Positions 17,098 to 27,335 of a DNA stretch of 43,388 nucleotides are shown here, one piece after another. Positions within the stretch are counted from its first letter, which is position 1; each line of letters starts with the position of its first letter. Made by a program: the position numbers and the translations under genes. The notes beneath the pieces are model-generated. The model did no database searches, was not told where the DNA came from, and saw only the letters and a list, made by a program, of their open reading frames with translations. Source of the stretch: Caldimonas sp. (GTDB taxonomy: Bacteria > Pseudomonadota > Gammaproteobacteria > Burkholderiales > Burkholderiaceae_C); NCBI GenBank assembly GCA_039933535.1, contig JBDTNU010000001.1, positions 1-43,388 on the forward strand, given 5' to 3'.

Positions 17098-19104
17098 TCA
17101 TGGCCGATCCTTGGCCAGTTGGTCGATGTATTCGTTGTACGCGCGCAGGAACTCCTTGCCAAAAAGCTCATGGAAATCGTCAGAGGCTTCGGACGAAATC
17201 TGACCGTAGAGCTCGGTGAACGCGTCCCACATCTGCGCCTTGCGCTTTGATGCGATGAGCGATGACAACATCGATTTCTTCTGCGTCAGCTTGCCTTCGA
17301 GGATGGCTGGATCGAAGCGCTTGAGGATGCCTTCGAGCGCGGCGCGCATGCCGGCGAGGAATCCGAACTGATGCGCGCGCAGGTCGTCGTAGGCGTCGCG
17401 CATCGCCTTGTCGGACTCCATGAAGCCGCGCACCGGCGGGCTGAGCAGATGGCCGAGCGCGACTTCGGCCGAAGGCGAAAACTTGAGCGGGTTGTTCTCG
17501 CGCGTGACGATCATCGTCACCTCGGCCCGAATCTCGCGCTTCAGTGCGGCGCGCGCCACGAGCAGATCGACCGTACCGCGGGTGGCCTCATGAATCAGTC
17601 GGCCGAGCAGGCGCATCAGCGCCGGCGTGAGGACGAGCGACTCGGGCGGCAGGTTGTGCACGGCCAGCCCTTCGCGCAGCGCAGCCGTGAGCGCCGCGAT
17701 GTCGGCATTGCCAGCAACCGGCGCTGCCGAGGGCACCGCTCCGGCGACGCCAGGGGGCGGTTGCCACGCGGGCGCTCCCGCAGTGCGGGCGGGTGACGGC
17801 GGCGCCGCCGGACGCGAGGCGACCGGGGGCGGTGGGGCAGGGATTGGCGCCGCGGCCCGAGGCGGCGCCGGACGGGCGGGTGACTCGAAGTCGAGCGAGA
17901 GGTCGAGGAGGTCGTCGGGAATCGCCCCGCCAGGCGAGGACGGCGTACCGCGCGGCCGGATGATCGTGCGACTCTCGCCGGAAGGATCGTTCCACGACAG
18001 GACCGAGCCGGGCGGCGCCGCCACCTCGGGCGCGCGCGCCGACGGGACGTTGCTGCGCGCTACCGGCGCGCCGGGCGGCGAAGCGAAGCCAGAGGTGTAG
18101 GTTTCGGTCTGCGGAATCGTGGCCCGAGGCACCACCGGTGCGGCAGGTCGAGCCGGCGCGGCCGCAGGCGCGCTGGGGGCCGGTCGCGCAGGCGCGGTCG
18201 GCATCATCGGCGGCAACATGAAGGGAGTCGACAGCTCCGGCGTCGTGTCAGCCGCTGCCGAGGCGCTGGCGCGGGTCATGCTGTCGAGCGACTTCATCGG
18301 GTCGGCGTGCGCCGCCATGTTCGGCTGTGCTGCCGCCTGGTTGAGGGCCGACCCGAACAGCGGATCCTTTCCGGCACCGCCGCCCGTGCCCGCGCCAAGG
18401 CCGAACAGCGCATCGAGCGAGTCGCCACCACCACCGCCACCGCCCGAACCGAACTCCGGTATCAATGCTTCGGCACGCCCCCCGACGTCGAGCCCGAAGT
18501 TGCTGCCGCCTCCGGATGGCTGGCCGAGCGAACGAGCGAAATCCTTGTCCGGCGAAGCCGAACCCGGATCGGGCGCGAACGGATCCCAGTCTTGCGGAAT
18601 TCCGCCCGGCGATACCGGCGCCGGCGAATGCATCGGAGCGTGCGCAGGTGCCGGCGCAGCACGTGGCGCCGCGCCGAAGCCGGCCAGCGGATCGGTGAAG
18701 GCTGCCGCTGCCGCTGGCGGGCGCCCGGGCGGCGTGGAGGCAAGGCCGGAGAAATCGGCGAACGGATCAGCCACGGCGGCGGATCCGCCCGCAGGTCCGG
18801 CCGCTTCGACGCGCATGGCGTAGCCGCCGATCTGCAATTCGTCACCGGCCTGGATGAACGCCTCCTGCCCGTTCCCAAGCGGGCGGCCATTGACCGATAT
18901 CGGATTGCTGCCGCGATCGACGATGGCATAGCGGCCGTTGCGATACACGACCTGCGCATGGACTCGCGAGATCGTTCGCTCCGGGTCGGGCAGGACCAGC
19001 TGATTGTTTTCGGCGCGGCCGATGTTGCCGCCCATCTCGTCGAAGTGGCCGGAAAGCGGCGCCGTCGACGCGCCGTTGTACGAGGTCACGCTGATGCTGA
19101 TCAC
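17098..19104 (-). CDS. tagH: T6SS FHA-domain protein TagH/Fha
   Basis: FHA motifs IGR..NQLVLPDPERTISRVHA; long Pro/Ala/Gly linker; C-terminal ENNPLKFS, DLRAHQ, FHELFGKEFLRAY. Confidence 0.93.
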   Translation of the reverse strand: MISISVTSYNGASTAPLSGHFDEMGGNIGRAENNQLVLPDPERTISRVHAQVVYRNGRYAIVDRGSNPISVNGRPLGNGQEAFIQAGDELQIGGYAMRVEAAGPAGGSAAVADPFADFSGLASTPPGRPPAAAAAFTDPLAGFGAAPRAAPAPAHAPMHSPAPVSPGGIPQDWDPFAPDPGSASPDKDFARSLGQPSGGGSNFGLDVGGRAEALIPEFGSGGGGGGGDSLDALFGLGAGTGGGAGKDPLFGSALNQAAAQPNMAAHADPMKSLDSMTRASASAAADTTPELSTPFMLPPMMPTAPARPAPSAPAAAPARPAAPVVPRATIPQTETYTSGFASPPGAPVARSNVPSARAPEVAAPPGSVLSWNDPSGESRTIIRPRGTPSSPGGAIPDDLLDLSLDFESPARPAPPRAAAPIPAPPPPVASRPAAPPSPARTAGAPAWQPPPGVAGAVPSAAPVAGNADIAALTAALREGLAVHNLPPESLVLTPALMRLLGRLIHEATRGTVDLLVARAALKREIRAEVTMIVTRENNPLKFSPSAEVALGHLLSPPVRGFMESDKAMRDAYDDLRAHQFGFLAGMRAALEGILKRFDPAILEGKLTQKKSMLSSLIASKRKAQMWDAFTELYGQISSEASDDFHELFGKEFLRAYNEYIDQLAKDRP

Positions 19105-19158
19105 GACGCCATCGCTCCCGTCCAGTCGCCCGGATCCGCTTGCTTTTCGGCGGATCGC

Positions 19159-19965
19159 TCAACGCAGGACATAGATTCTTCCTTCGACCATTGCCAGCCG
19201 GATCGGCCAGGCCTGATCGCCGAGCTCCGGAACTCCATTGCTTGTTCGCAGCGCCGGGCCTCCGGTTGGCGCCAGACATTCGATCAGGCGACCCTCCACG
19301 AGCGGCCGCAGCAAGAGTTCGGCAGCGACCGGCGGCATCACTTTCAACGCTTTCGCAGCATACAACCGCTGCACTTGATCGCGAAAGCGTTGCACGTCGA
19401 GGTTCGTGTCGCTTTGATACGCCAGCGCGAGTTCGTCGAAGCGCAGCTTCGACGCCGCGATCAGGGGATCGGGATTGCCGCGCCCGAGTTCGACTGCGAT
19501 CTGTTGCAGGAATTCGAGGATAGCCCGCTGCACCGCCACGGTTAGGCTGATTGGCGGCGCGTCGAGCCAGCGCCAACGCGGGAAGTTCACGGGCAGGTCG
19601 ACATCGCGGCTGTGCGTCGATGGCGCGTCGTAGGCCTTGCCTTCGGCCGTCGCCCACTCGGCCACGCCGAGCTCTCGCGCACCGGGATCGGCCGGCGATT
19701 GACCGTGACGGACCAGCACGAGTCGCGCCCGCGCCCAGGTCGGCCCGATCGCCACCCGCGGCTGGCTCGGTGCCGATGCGCCAGGCGCAGCAGGACCGAT
19801 GACGAGCGAAAGCTGATTGCGACCGGCGAGCGTGTACTCGTGGACCGCAAGACTGATGCTGCCGCCCGCCGGGCCGAGCGCTGCCAGCGGCATGCCGTTC
19901 AACTGCGCCTCGACTGCACAGCCGCCCGCAGCGAGCTCGAGCATGAGCAGGCGATCCATGGCCAT
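19159..19965 (-). CDS. Hypothetical protein, candidate immunity/accessory protein
   Basis: 268-aa ORF starting 1 bp after the stop of the 592-aa gene, in operon orientation; no signal peptide; no family recognised. Confidence 0.7.
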   Translation of the reverse strand: MAMDRLLMLELAAGGCAVEAQLNGMPLAALGPAGGSISLAVHEYTLAGRNQLSLVIGPAAPGASAPSQPRVAIGPTWARARLVLVRHGQSPADPGARELGVAEWATAEGKAYDAPSTHSRDVDLPVNFPRWRWLDAPPISLTVAVQRAILEFLQQIAVELGRGNPDPLIAASKLRFDELALAYQSDTNLDVQRFRDQVQRLYAAKALKVMPPVAAELLLRPLVEGRLIECLAPTGGPALRTSNGVPELGDQAWPIRLAMVEGRIYVLR

Positions 19966-19966
19966 G

Positions 19967-21745
19967 TCAGCCCGCGCTCCACTCGACGAGCGTCATGGCT
20001 GGAAAAACCTTTCTCGTCTGGCGTGCGCCACCCAGGACCGGGTCGGAGATTTCGGTGACCACCGTCACCGGCTCGGCCCGCAAGCCGAAGAACCACTGCT
20101 GGCCGCCGCCGTCGGCCCGGATGCGAAGACCGCATTCGCCGACGAGCGCACCGGTGATCGGCGTCGGCACGGTGGCCGCGCCGAGCGTTGCAGGCTCGGC
20201 GCCCGCCAGGGGCTCCATCTCGAGCGTGAAAGGAAAGCGCCAGGTGCGCAGTGCCGCTTTCAGGCCCTGCCCTTCGGGTGCCTGATCGCCGAGTTGCGCG
20301 ATCGTCATCCGCATTTCGCTGCGGCCTTTGCAGTGAATGCGGATTCGCGACCGCGCCGTGCCGTCAACCAGCTCGCCGGAAAGACGCATCTCGATCGAGA
20401 GCGCGAGCAGATCGAGCGTGCCTTCGGTCCGCATCACGACGGTCGAGGCGGAGGTCCGTCGCCAGCCCCAGGTGAGACCGGCCTGGCCGACCAGCGGTGA
20501 CGCCTCGACTTCGAGCCGCGTCGCCTGTGCGTCGAGGACGCGAGCCCATTCGTTGTAGAGGCGCTCGAGTCCCGAACGGAACGCGGCATGCAGGCCGACC
20601 CAGGCCCGCTGCCACGCGCTCGCGTCGTCTGGAGCACCGTCCCTCTCGAGACTGCAGGTCGCGCCCGGCGCCGCCGCTTCTGCCGGTGCGGACGCGGGCC
20701 AGAGCATGGGCTGCCAGGCCGGGTGGCGCACTTCCGTCAACCACTGTGTCGCCGGGTAGACGTGGACCTTCAACGCCACGACGCCGAAAGGCGCGCCGGC
20801 ATCGCGCAGACCGCAACTGGTGATCTGCACGGTCTGTGGATCGAACGGCGCCGGCGCAGCGATGCCGGGCGGCGCCGCCTTGGGCTCGAGCGGCAACGGG
20901 GCGACCGCGTAGAGCGCCAGGCTCAGGCGTGCCGCATCACGCCCCTTCCAGGCGAGCCGCCCTTCGGCGCCAGCGTGAATGACTTCCGGATGAACCTTCG
21001 GGTCGCACACTGCCACCGTATCTATGCGCAGGTTCAGGCGAGCCGGCGGGCCGCGGCGCAAGGCATGGCTGGCGACGGCAATGTCGACCGGCGCTTCGGG
21101 CGCGCTTGGCCACTTGACGGGCGGATCGGCAATCTTTGCCGTGGCAACGCGATGCCAGCCGTTCGCCGCATTGCGATACTCCTGCAGGTTCTCCGCCTCG
21201 ACGACCATCATGTCGATCGAAGCGATATCGCAGGCCTTGATCACCACCGGCGCTTCGGCCGACGGAAATACAGCGCGCGCCGCGGCGAGCTTGCTGATCT
21301 TTTCATCGACCCCCGCGAACGCCGCCTCGAACTGCGCTGTCGTGAGTGGTGCCGCAGCACCGACCGCCGGAGCTGCCGCACCCGAGGCGGCCTGGCGATG
21401 TTGCAGTTCCTCGCGCGTGCGATGCGCAAGCTGATGGAGCTTGAGCGCCGATCCGCGTCGCGGATCAGCGAGGATCTCGGCGGCCCATGCGAATGCGGGC
21501 TTGCCGTCGAAGGCCGGGCCCCAGATGCACCACAGGCTCGCGTAGCGGGCCAGATCGCGCGCGTCGCGCAGGCCTGCCTTTCGGCCCTGCAACACCGCGG
21601 CCTCGACGAAAGCCGGCCACCTGTCTTGCAAGCGCTCCGTCAACGCGGGCCAGGTCTCGGCCAGCACGCCGCTGATGCTCGCCGCGTGGCGCTTCAGCGT
21701 CAGCTGTTCGAGCAGGTCGAACTGCTCCCAGCTCAAGCGCAGCAT
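19967..21745 (-). CDS. Hypothetical protein, candidate VgrG/DUF4123-loaded effector
   Basis: 592-aa ORF starting 7 bp after the DUF4123 stop; no catalytic motif recognised. Confidence 0.7.
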   Translation of the reverse strand: MLRLSWEQFDLLEQLTLKRHAASISGVLAETWPALTERLQDRWPAFVEAAVLQGRKAGLRDARDLARYASLWCIWGPAFDGKPAFAWAAEILADPRRGSALKLHQLAHRTREELQHRQAASGAAAPAVGAAAPLTTAQFEAAFAGVDEKISKLAAARAVFPSAEAPVVIKACDIASIDMMVVEAENLQEYRNAANGWHRVATAKIADPPVKWPSAPEAPVDIAVASHALRRGPPARLNLRIDTVAVCDPKVHPEVIHAGAEGRLAWKGRDAARLSLALYAVAPLPLEPKAAPPGIAAPAPFDPQTVQITSCGLRDAGAPFGVVALKVHVYPATQWLTEVRHPAWQPMLWPASAPAEAAAPGATCSLERDGAPDDASAWQRAWVGLHAAFRSGLERLYNEWARVLDAQATRLEVEASPLVGQAGLTWGWRRTSASTVVMRTEGTLDLLALSIEMRLSGELVDGTARSRIRIHCKGRSEMRMTIAQLGDQAPEGQGLKAALRTWRFPFTLEMEPLAGAEPATLGAATVPTPITGALVGECGLRIRADGGGQQWFFGLRAEPVTVVTEISDPVLGGARQTRKVFPAMTLVEWSAG

Positions 21746-21752
21746 GAGGCCT

Positions 21753-22301
21753 TCATCGCGGGGCGGCCATCAGTGGCCGGATGTCTGTCGTGAGCACGCC
21801 GTTTTCCATCGCCAGCCAAGTCCACGCATCGACGGCGGGAAGGACGATTGCCTGGTCAAGCGCAAACACTTCGTCGAGCTGGCCGGCGAGCAGCGTTGGC
21901 AGCGCGGTGCGCAACACGTCCGGGTCGTACCAGCGCCAGGCGCGTCGCTCGCCGTCAGGCGTGATGACCTCGCCGATCCCGCGGCAATGTTCTCGCACGG
22001 CGAGCAGAGGTCGCGTCGAGACACTGATCAAGCCCCAACCGGGATAAGTCGCCGTCGCCTCGCCGAACAGCCATTCGCTGAAGGGCGAGACCTCCTTGAG
22101 CTCGGCAAGGTAGGTGGCGCGTTGCGCGGCCTCGGTGCTCAGCGCGCCACGTTGCAGGCAGTCCCATCCCGCGACATCGGCCGTCTTGAGCTTGTCGCCG
22201 ATGCCCGGAACGACAAGGCCGTCGATCACCGCATGGATGCGCGCGCCTTGCCGTGCCCAGAGCGAGGCACGCAACTGGGCGGCGGAAAATGCGGTGCTCA
22301 T
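21753..22301 (-). CDS. DUF4123 T6SS effector adaptor/chaperone (Tap/Tec type)
   Basis: HAVIDG, YLAEL, WG-L-I-S, REHCR, WRWYDPDVLR (cf. FRFYDPRVL); immediately downstream of vgrG. Confidence 0.85.
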   Translation of the reverse strand: MSTAFSAAQLRASLWARQGARIHAVIDGLVVPGIGDKLKTADVAGWDCLQRGALSTEAAQRATYLAELKEVSPFSEWLFGEATATYPGWGLISVSTRPLLAVREHCRGIGEVITPDGERRAWRWYDPDVLRTALPTLLAGQLDEVFALDQAIVLPAVDAWTWLAMENGVLTTDIRPLMAAPR

Positions 22302-22325
22302 CGAGCAGCAGGCAAGAACACCGGA

Positions 22326-24584
22326 TCAGCTCTCTTTTGCCGGACCGGAACCGCCCATGTCGTCGGCCATCGGATCGTCGAAGGTCTTGTTGTAGTCGGT
22401 CTTCTTCTTCGACGTGATCGAGTCTTCCATCTTGGCATCGGTCGGGGCCACCGGGCTGGCCGCGAGCGCCGGACCCGCGGCTCCGGCTGCCCCGCCGGAG
22501 TTGATCATGACCATCGAGCCCACGATCGACACGCCGGCCGGGCCGATGTCGACGAACGAGCTGCCGGCCTTCAGCGAGAGCTGCGTGCCGGCCTCGATCG
22601 CAATCGTGGTCGCGCCCTTGATCTTGATCGTCATGCCCTCGGCCAGCAGGTCGCCGGAGCTTCCCGCCTTCAACGACAGCTTGCCGCTGCTCGACTCGAG
22701 GACGATGTCGTCCTTCGACTTGATATGCGTCTTGCCGCCGACGTCGAGGCCGAGGTCGGCGCCGATCTTGGCATTGAAGTCCTTGTCCAGCTTGAGCTGG
22801 TAGGTGGCAGCTCCGGTGTAGAAGATGTCGCCCGCGACCTTGACGTGCAGGTCCTTGCCCATGTTGTGCATCACGTCCTTGGTGATGTCCATGAACCAGT
22901 TTTCGCCGATCACTTCCTTCCTGGTCATGACGACCTTCACGGACTCGTTGTTGCCGACCCAGTCGAAGGCGTCGTGCTCGACGAGGCGGTGGAAGTCCTT
23001 CTCGGCGTGGAACCAGATGTACTCCTTGTCCTTCTTGTCGTCGAAGCGCAGCTCGTTGGCGAGCTTGGCCGTGCCTTCCTTGCTGCTCTGGGTCTTGACG
23101 CCGCTGACCGTCGCCTGGTCGGGCAGCTTCCAGGCGGGCATGTTGTCGTTGTTGTAGACCGAGCCGGTGACCAGGGGGTAGTCGGGATCACCGTCGAGGA
23201 AGTGCACGACGACCTCGTGCCCCTTGCGCGGCAAGGCGAACATGCCATAGCCCTTGCCCGCCCAGGGCTGGGAGACGCGGACCCAGCACGAGCTGTTTTC
23301 GTCGTTCGTGCCGAGCCGATCCCAGTGGAACTGGACCTTGATCCGGCCGTGCTTGTCGGTCTCGATTTCGTTGGCGGAGGCGCCGACAACGGTCGCGGTC
23401 TGCGGCCCGTAGATGCGCGGCCTCGGTGTCTTGCGCGCGGAGCGGAAGTCGCCGGCACTCATGCTGGTGACGACGAAATCGCACATGAATCCGTTGCCCT
23501 TGCGGCTGCGCTTCAGGTCGTCGACCGCCTCGTGGTCGGCGAACTCGAGTCGGTAGACCGCCGAGACGACGAGGTAGTTGACGTTCTTCTTGCTGTTCGG
23601 GTGATTGGAGAGCTTGAAGGTCGTTCCCACAGTCACGTCATAGGCGTTGGTCGTGCCGGTGGACGTCTCGGCCAACGAAGTGAGTTCTTCCATCAGGATC
23701 TTGGCACGCTGCTTGGCCGCGTCGGTGACCGGTTGCGCCTGCGCCTCGTCCTTGATGCTGTTCTGAACCGCCTTGCCGGTGTATTCGAAGACTTCTGCTT
23801 TGCCGAGCTTCGCCGTCGTCGCCTTCGACGTTCCCTCGCCCTTGATCTCGGTGGTCGGTGCCAGGTAGTCGAAGTCGCGAACCACCGTCTTCGCCGATCG
23901 CGCCTCCTGTCCGGCGCGCCAGTTGATCGCCGTCCACGAATACTTCATCACGTTCGCCCAGCTCACCGGATCCTTGATCGGCTTGCTCTTGTGCTTGGCC
24001 ATCGCGTCGATCAGCACCATCGTGTGCTTCGAATCGGTGTGCTCGAAGAAGTAGTAGATGCCGAAGTGTTCGAGCAGCCGGCTGACGAAGTCGAAATCGC
24101 TCTCCTGGTACTGGATGCAATAGTCGAGCTTCGGGTACAGAGAGGCAGAGATGAGGCGCCACTCGTAGTCGGTGCTGTAGACGTCCAGCACGTCGCTCAC
24201 GATCTCCTTCACGCTCTTCTTCTGGAAGACCTTGCTGTTGACGGTTCGCGTCGCGAACCACAACCAGGGCTTCAGAGTGGCCGTGTAACTTTCGAACCGG
24301 CCCATCCGGTCGCCCTGCTGCATGCGGGTGATGAGGCCATTGAAGTAGCGCGGGTGGTCATCGTCGATCTTCATCGAGACCGTCGCCTTGGTGCCGATCA
24401 GCGCGTCGAATTCGACGTCCTTCGGCTCTCCCAGCATGTTGAGCTCACCGACCATCTGCACGCGGTACTCGCTCAATCGGCCCAGCTCTTCGTTGCCTTC
24501 CATGCCGATGACGAGAAAGTCTCCACCGGAGCCGGTCTTGATCTCCATCACCTTGCGGGCGCCGCTCAATCCAGGGATGGCCAT
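22326..24584 (-). CDS. vgrG: T6SS spike protein VgrG (TssI), no C-terminal toxin domain
   Basis: YCIQYQESDFDFVSRLLEHFGIYYFF, GPQTATVVG, DKHGRIKVQFHWDR, SCWVRVSQPWAG, FLDGDPDYP, NELRFDD, HAEKD; short C-terminal tail. Confidence 0.97.
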   Translation of the reverse strand: MAIPGLSGARKVMEIKTGSGGDFLVIGMEGNEELGRLSEYRVQMVGELNMLGEPKDVEFDALIGTKATVSMKIDDDHPRYFNGLITRMQQGDRMGRFESYTATLKPWLWFATRTVNSKVFQKKSVKEIVSDVLDVYSTDYEWRLISASLYPKLDYCIQYQESDFDFVSRLLEHFGIYYFFEHTDSKHTMVLIDAMAKHKSKPIKDPVSWANVMKYSWTAINWRAGQEARSAKTVVRDFDYLAPTTEIKGEGTSKATTAKLGKAEVFEYTGKAVQNSIKDEAQAQPVTDAAKQRAKILMEELTSLAETSTGTTNAYDVTVGTTFKLSNHPNSKKNVNYLVVSAVYRLEFADHEAVDDLKRSRKGNGFMCDFVVTSMSAGDFRSARKTPRPRIYGPQTATVVGASANEIETDKHGRIKVQFHWDRLGTNDENSSCWVRVSQPWAGKGYGMFALPRKGHEVVVHFLDGDPDYPLVTGSVYNNDNMPAWKLPDQATVSGVKTQSSKEGTAKLANELRFDDKKDKEYIWFHAEKDFHRLVEHDAFDWVGNNESVKVVMTRKEVIGENWFMDITKDVMHNMGKDLHVKVAGDIFYTGAATYQLKLDKDFNAKIGADLGLDVGGKTHIKSKDDIVLESSSGKLSLKAGSSGDLLAEGMTIKIKGATTIAIEAGTQLSLKAGSSFVDIGPAGVSIVGSMVMINSGGAAGAAGPALAASPVAPTDAKMEDSITSKKKTDYNKTFDDPMADDMGGSGPAKES

Positions 24585-24611
24585 GGCGATTCCTTTCTAC
24601 GGAGATACGGA

Positions 24612-27335
24612 TCAGTCGAACACGTAGCTGAAGTCGTCTTCGGCGACGCCGAGCTCGATCCGCGTCAGCTCCTTGCCTTCGGCCGCACGCGACAGATACT
24701 CGATCGACACCTTGGGCAGGACGGTATTGGTGAGGATCGAATCGATGATCCGGCCACCCGATTCCGCGTTGTTGCAGCGCTTGACGATCAGCTTGACCGC
24801 GTCGTCGGTGTACTCGAACGGAATCTTGTGATTCTCGGCCACCCGCCGCTTGATTCGATTCAGCTGGAGCCTCACGATCTGGCCGAGCATCTCGTCCGAC
24901 AGCGGGTAGTACGGGATCACGACAAGACGGCCGAGCAGCGCGGGCGGAAAGATCTTCTGAAGCGGCTCGGTCATCGCCGTCGCCAGCGAATCCGGATCGG
25001 GCAGCAGTTCCGGGTCCTTGCACATGTTCATGATCAGCTCGGAGCCGGCGTTGCTGGTGAGCAGGATGATCGTGTTCTTGAAGTCGATCATCCGGCCCTC
25101 GCCGTCTTCCATCCGTCCCTTGTCGAAGACCTGGAAGAACAGCTCGTGCACGTCGGGGTGGGCCTTTTCCACCTCGTCGAGCAGCACCACGCTGTAAGGC
25201 CTGCGTCGCACCGCCTCGGTGAGGATGCCGCCTTCACCGTAGCCGACGTAGCCGGGCGGCGCACCTTTGAGCGAGGAGACGGTATGCGCCTCCTGAAACT
25301 CGCTCATGTTGATCGTGATGATGTTCTGCTCGCCGCCATAGAGCGCCTCGGCCAGCGCCAGGGCGGTCTCGGTCTTGCCGACGCCGGAAGTGCCGCAAAG
25401 CATGAAGACGCCGATCGGCTTGTTCGGGTTGTCGAGCCGCGCGCGCGAGGTCTGGATCCGGCGCGCGATCATGTCGAGGCCATGTTGCTGGCCGATCACG
25501 CGCTTGCCGAGTGCCTCGCCGAGCTTGAGGATCGCCTGGAGCTCGTTCTTGACCATCCTCCCGACCGGAATGCCGGTCCAGTCAGCAACCACGCTGGCAA
25601 CGGCCTGCGCGTCGACCGACGGCATGATCAGCGGCTTCTCGCCTTGCAGCGTTTCGAGCCTGGCCTGCTCAGCGCGCAACTCGGCCAGCACCTTCTCGCG
25701 GTCGATCGGTTCGGCATCCAGCGTGGTGCCTGCCGGCTTGACCACGTCACCGCCTTCGCCGATCGCCGGGCGATCGACCGGCTTGTCGCCGCCGCGCAGC
25801 TGCGCGCGCAACGCGAGCACCTTGTCGACGATCACCTTCTCGTCCTGCCAACGCTTCTCGAGACCGACCAGCCGCGCGCGTTCGAGCGCCAGCTTTTCGT
25901 CGACATCGACGCGGCGCGTGCCGATTTCGACGCCGACCGCCGACTCTCGTTCGATGATCCCCGATTCGATCTCGAGCGATTCGATGCGGCGACGGCTGTC
26001 CTCGACCTCGGCCGGAATCGCGTGCTGGCTCACCGCGACCCGCGCGCAGGCGGTATCGAGCAGGCTGACGGCCTTGTCGGGCAGCTGGCGCGCCGGGATG
26101 TAGCGGTGCGAAAGCTTGACCGCCGATTCGATCGCCTCGTCGAGCAGCTGGACACGATGGTGCTTCTCGAGCACCGTCGCGACGCCGCGCAGCATGAGCA
26201 CGGCCTTGAGCTCGTCAGGCTCCGGAATCTGCACGACCTGGAAGCGCCGCGTCAGCGCCGGGTCCTTCTCGATGTGCTTCTTGTACTCGGCCCAGGTCGT
26301 TGCGCCGATCGTGCGCAGCGTGCCACGGGCAAGCGCTGGCTTGAGCAGGTTGGCGGCGTCGCCGGTGCCCGCCGCGCCGCCGGCGCCGACGAGCGTGTGC
26401 ACCTCGTCGATGAACAGGATGATCGGCTTCGGGCTCGCCTGAACCTCGTCGATCAGCTGGCGCAGGCGCTGCTCGAACTCTCCCTTCATCGACGCGCCGG
26501 CCTGCAGCAAACCGAGATCGAGCGACAGCAGCGACACGCCTTGCAGTTGCGGCGGCACGTCGCCGCGCGCCAGTCGCTGCGCGAAACCTTCGACGACCGC
26601 CGTCTTGCCGACGCCCGCTTCGCCGGTGAGGATCGGGTTGTTCTGTCGGCGCCGCATCAGGATGTCGACGATCTGGCGAATCTCGTCGTCGCGCCCGGTC
26701 ACCGGATCCATCTCGCCCTTCAGCGCCTTGGCGGTGAGATCGATCGTGTACTTCTTGAGCGCCTCCTGCTTGCCCATCGCCGCCGGCGCCATCGCCCCGG
26801 AGACTTCACCGGGCTGGCCGCCCGACAGACCGCTGCCGTCTTGCGGGCCGAGGCCCTGCTCGCCGCTCTTGCCGGTGATCGACTCGAGGTTGTCGGCCAG
26901 ATCATCGACCTTGATCTTGCCGAACTCCTTCGAGATGGCCAGCAACGCATTGCGCAAATGGGGCGTCTTCAGCATGCCGAGCAGCAGGTAGCCGCTGCGC
27001 ACCGCGCCATCGCCGAACTGCAGCGAGCCATAGACCCAGGCGCGCTCGATCGCGTCGGGGATCTGCTCGGAGAAGTCGGAGAGCGCAGTCGAACCGCGCG
27101 GCAGGCGGTCGAGTGCTGCGGTGACGTCGCGGGCTAGTGCGGCAGCGTCGAGCGCGTAGTGGCGAACGATGGCGTGGATGTCGGAACCGTTGTTCTCGAG
27201 CAGCTGCGTCAGCCAATGCACCAGCTCGACGTAAGGATTGCCGCGCAGCTTGCAGAACACCGTCGCGCCTTCGATCGTCTTGTAGACGAGCGGATTGAGC
27301 TTGCCGAACAGCGAGACCCGACTGATTTCACTCAT
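24612..27335 (-). CDS. clpV: T6SS AAA+ ATPase ClpV (TssH)
   Basis: [57 protein letters not shown]. Confidence 0.97.
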   Translation of the reverse strand: MSEISRVSLFGKLNPLVYKTIEGATVFCKLRGNPYVELVHWLTQLLENNGSDIHAIVRHYALDAAALARDVTAALDRLPRGSTALSDFSEQIPDAIERAWVYGSLQFGDGAVRSGYLLLGMLKTPHLRNALLAISKEFGKIKVDDLADNLESITGKSGEQGLGPQDGSGLSGGQPGEVSGAMAPAAMGKQEALKKYTIDLTAKALKGEMDPVTGRDDEIRQIVDILMRRRQNNPILTGEAGVGKTAVVEGFAQRLARGDVPPQLQGVSLLSLDLGLLQAGASMKGEFEQRLRQLIDEVQASPKPIILFIDEVHTLVGAGGAAGTGDAANLLKPALARGTLRTIGATTWAEYKKHIEKDPALTRRFQVVQIPEPDELKAVLMLRGVATVLEKHHRVQLLDEAIESAVKLSHRYIPARQLPDKAVSLLDTACARVAVSQHAIPAEVEDSRRRIESLEIESGIIERESAVGVEIGTRRVDVDEKLALERARLVGLEKRWQDEKVIVDKVLALRAQLRGGDKPVDRPAIGEGGDVVKPAGTTLDAEPIDREKVLAELRAEQARLETLQGEKPLIMPSVDAQAVASVVADWTGIPVGRMVKNELQAILKLGEALGKRVIGQQHGLDMIARRIQTSRARLDNPNKPIGVFMLCGTSGVGKTETALALAEALYGGEQNIITINMSEFQEAHTVSSLKGAPPGYVGYGEGGILTEAVRRRPYSVVLLDEVEKAHPDVHELFFQVFDKGRMEDGEGRMIDFKNTIILLTSNAGSELIMNMCKDPELLPDPDSLATAMTEPLQKIFPPALLGRLVVIPYYPLSDEMLGQIVRLQLNRIKRRVAENHKIPFEYTDDAVKLIVKRCNNAESGGRIIDSILTNTVLPKVSIEYLSRAAEGKELTRIELGVAEDDFSYVFD

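Noticed and set aside
22326-22520. VgrG C-terminal extension as a toxin domain
   Set aside because: Only ~55 residues after the beta-helix; more consistent with an adaptor-binding tail
21675-27137. 1820-aa ORF on the + strand
   Set aside because: Antisense shadow of vgrG and clpV; high-GC codon bias suppresses stops on the opposite strand; no protein motifs
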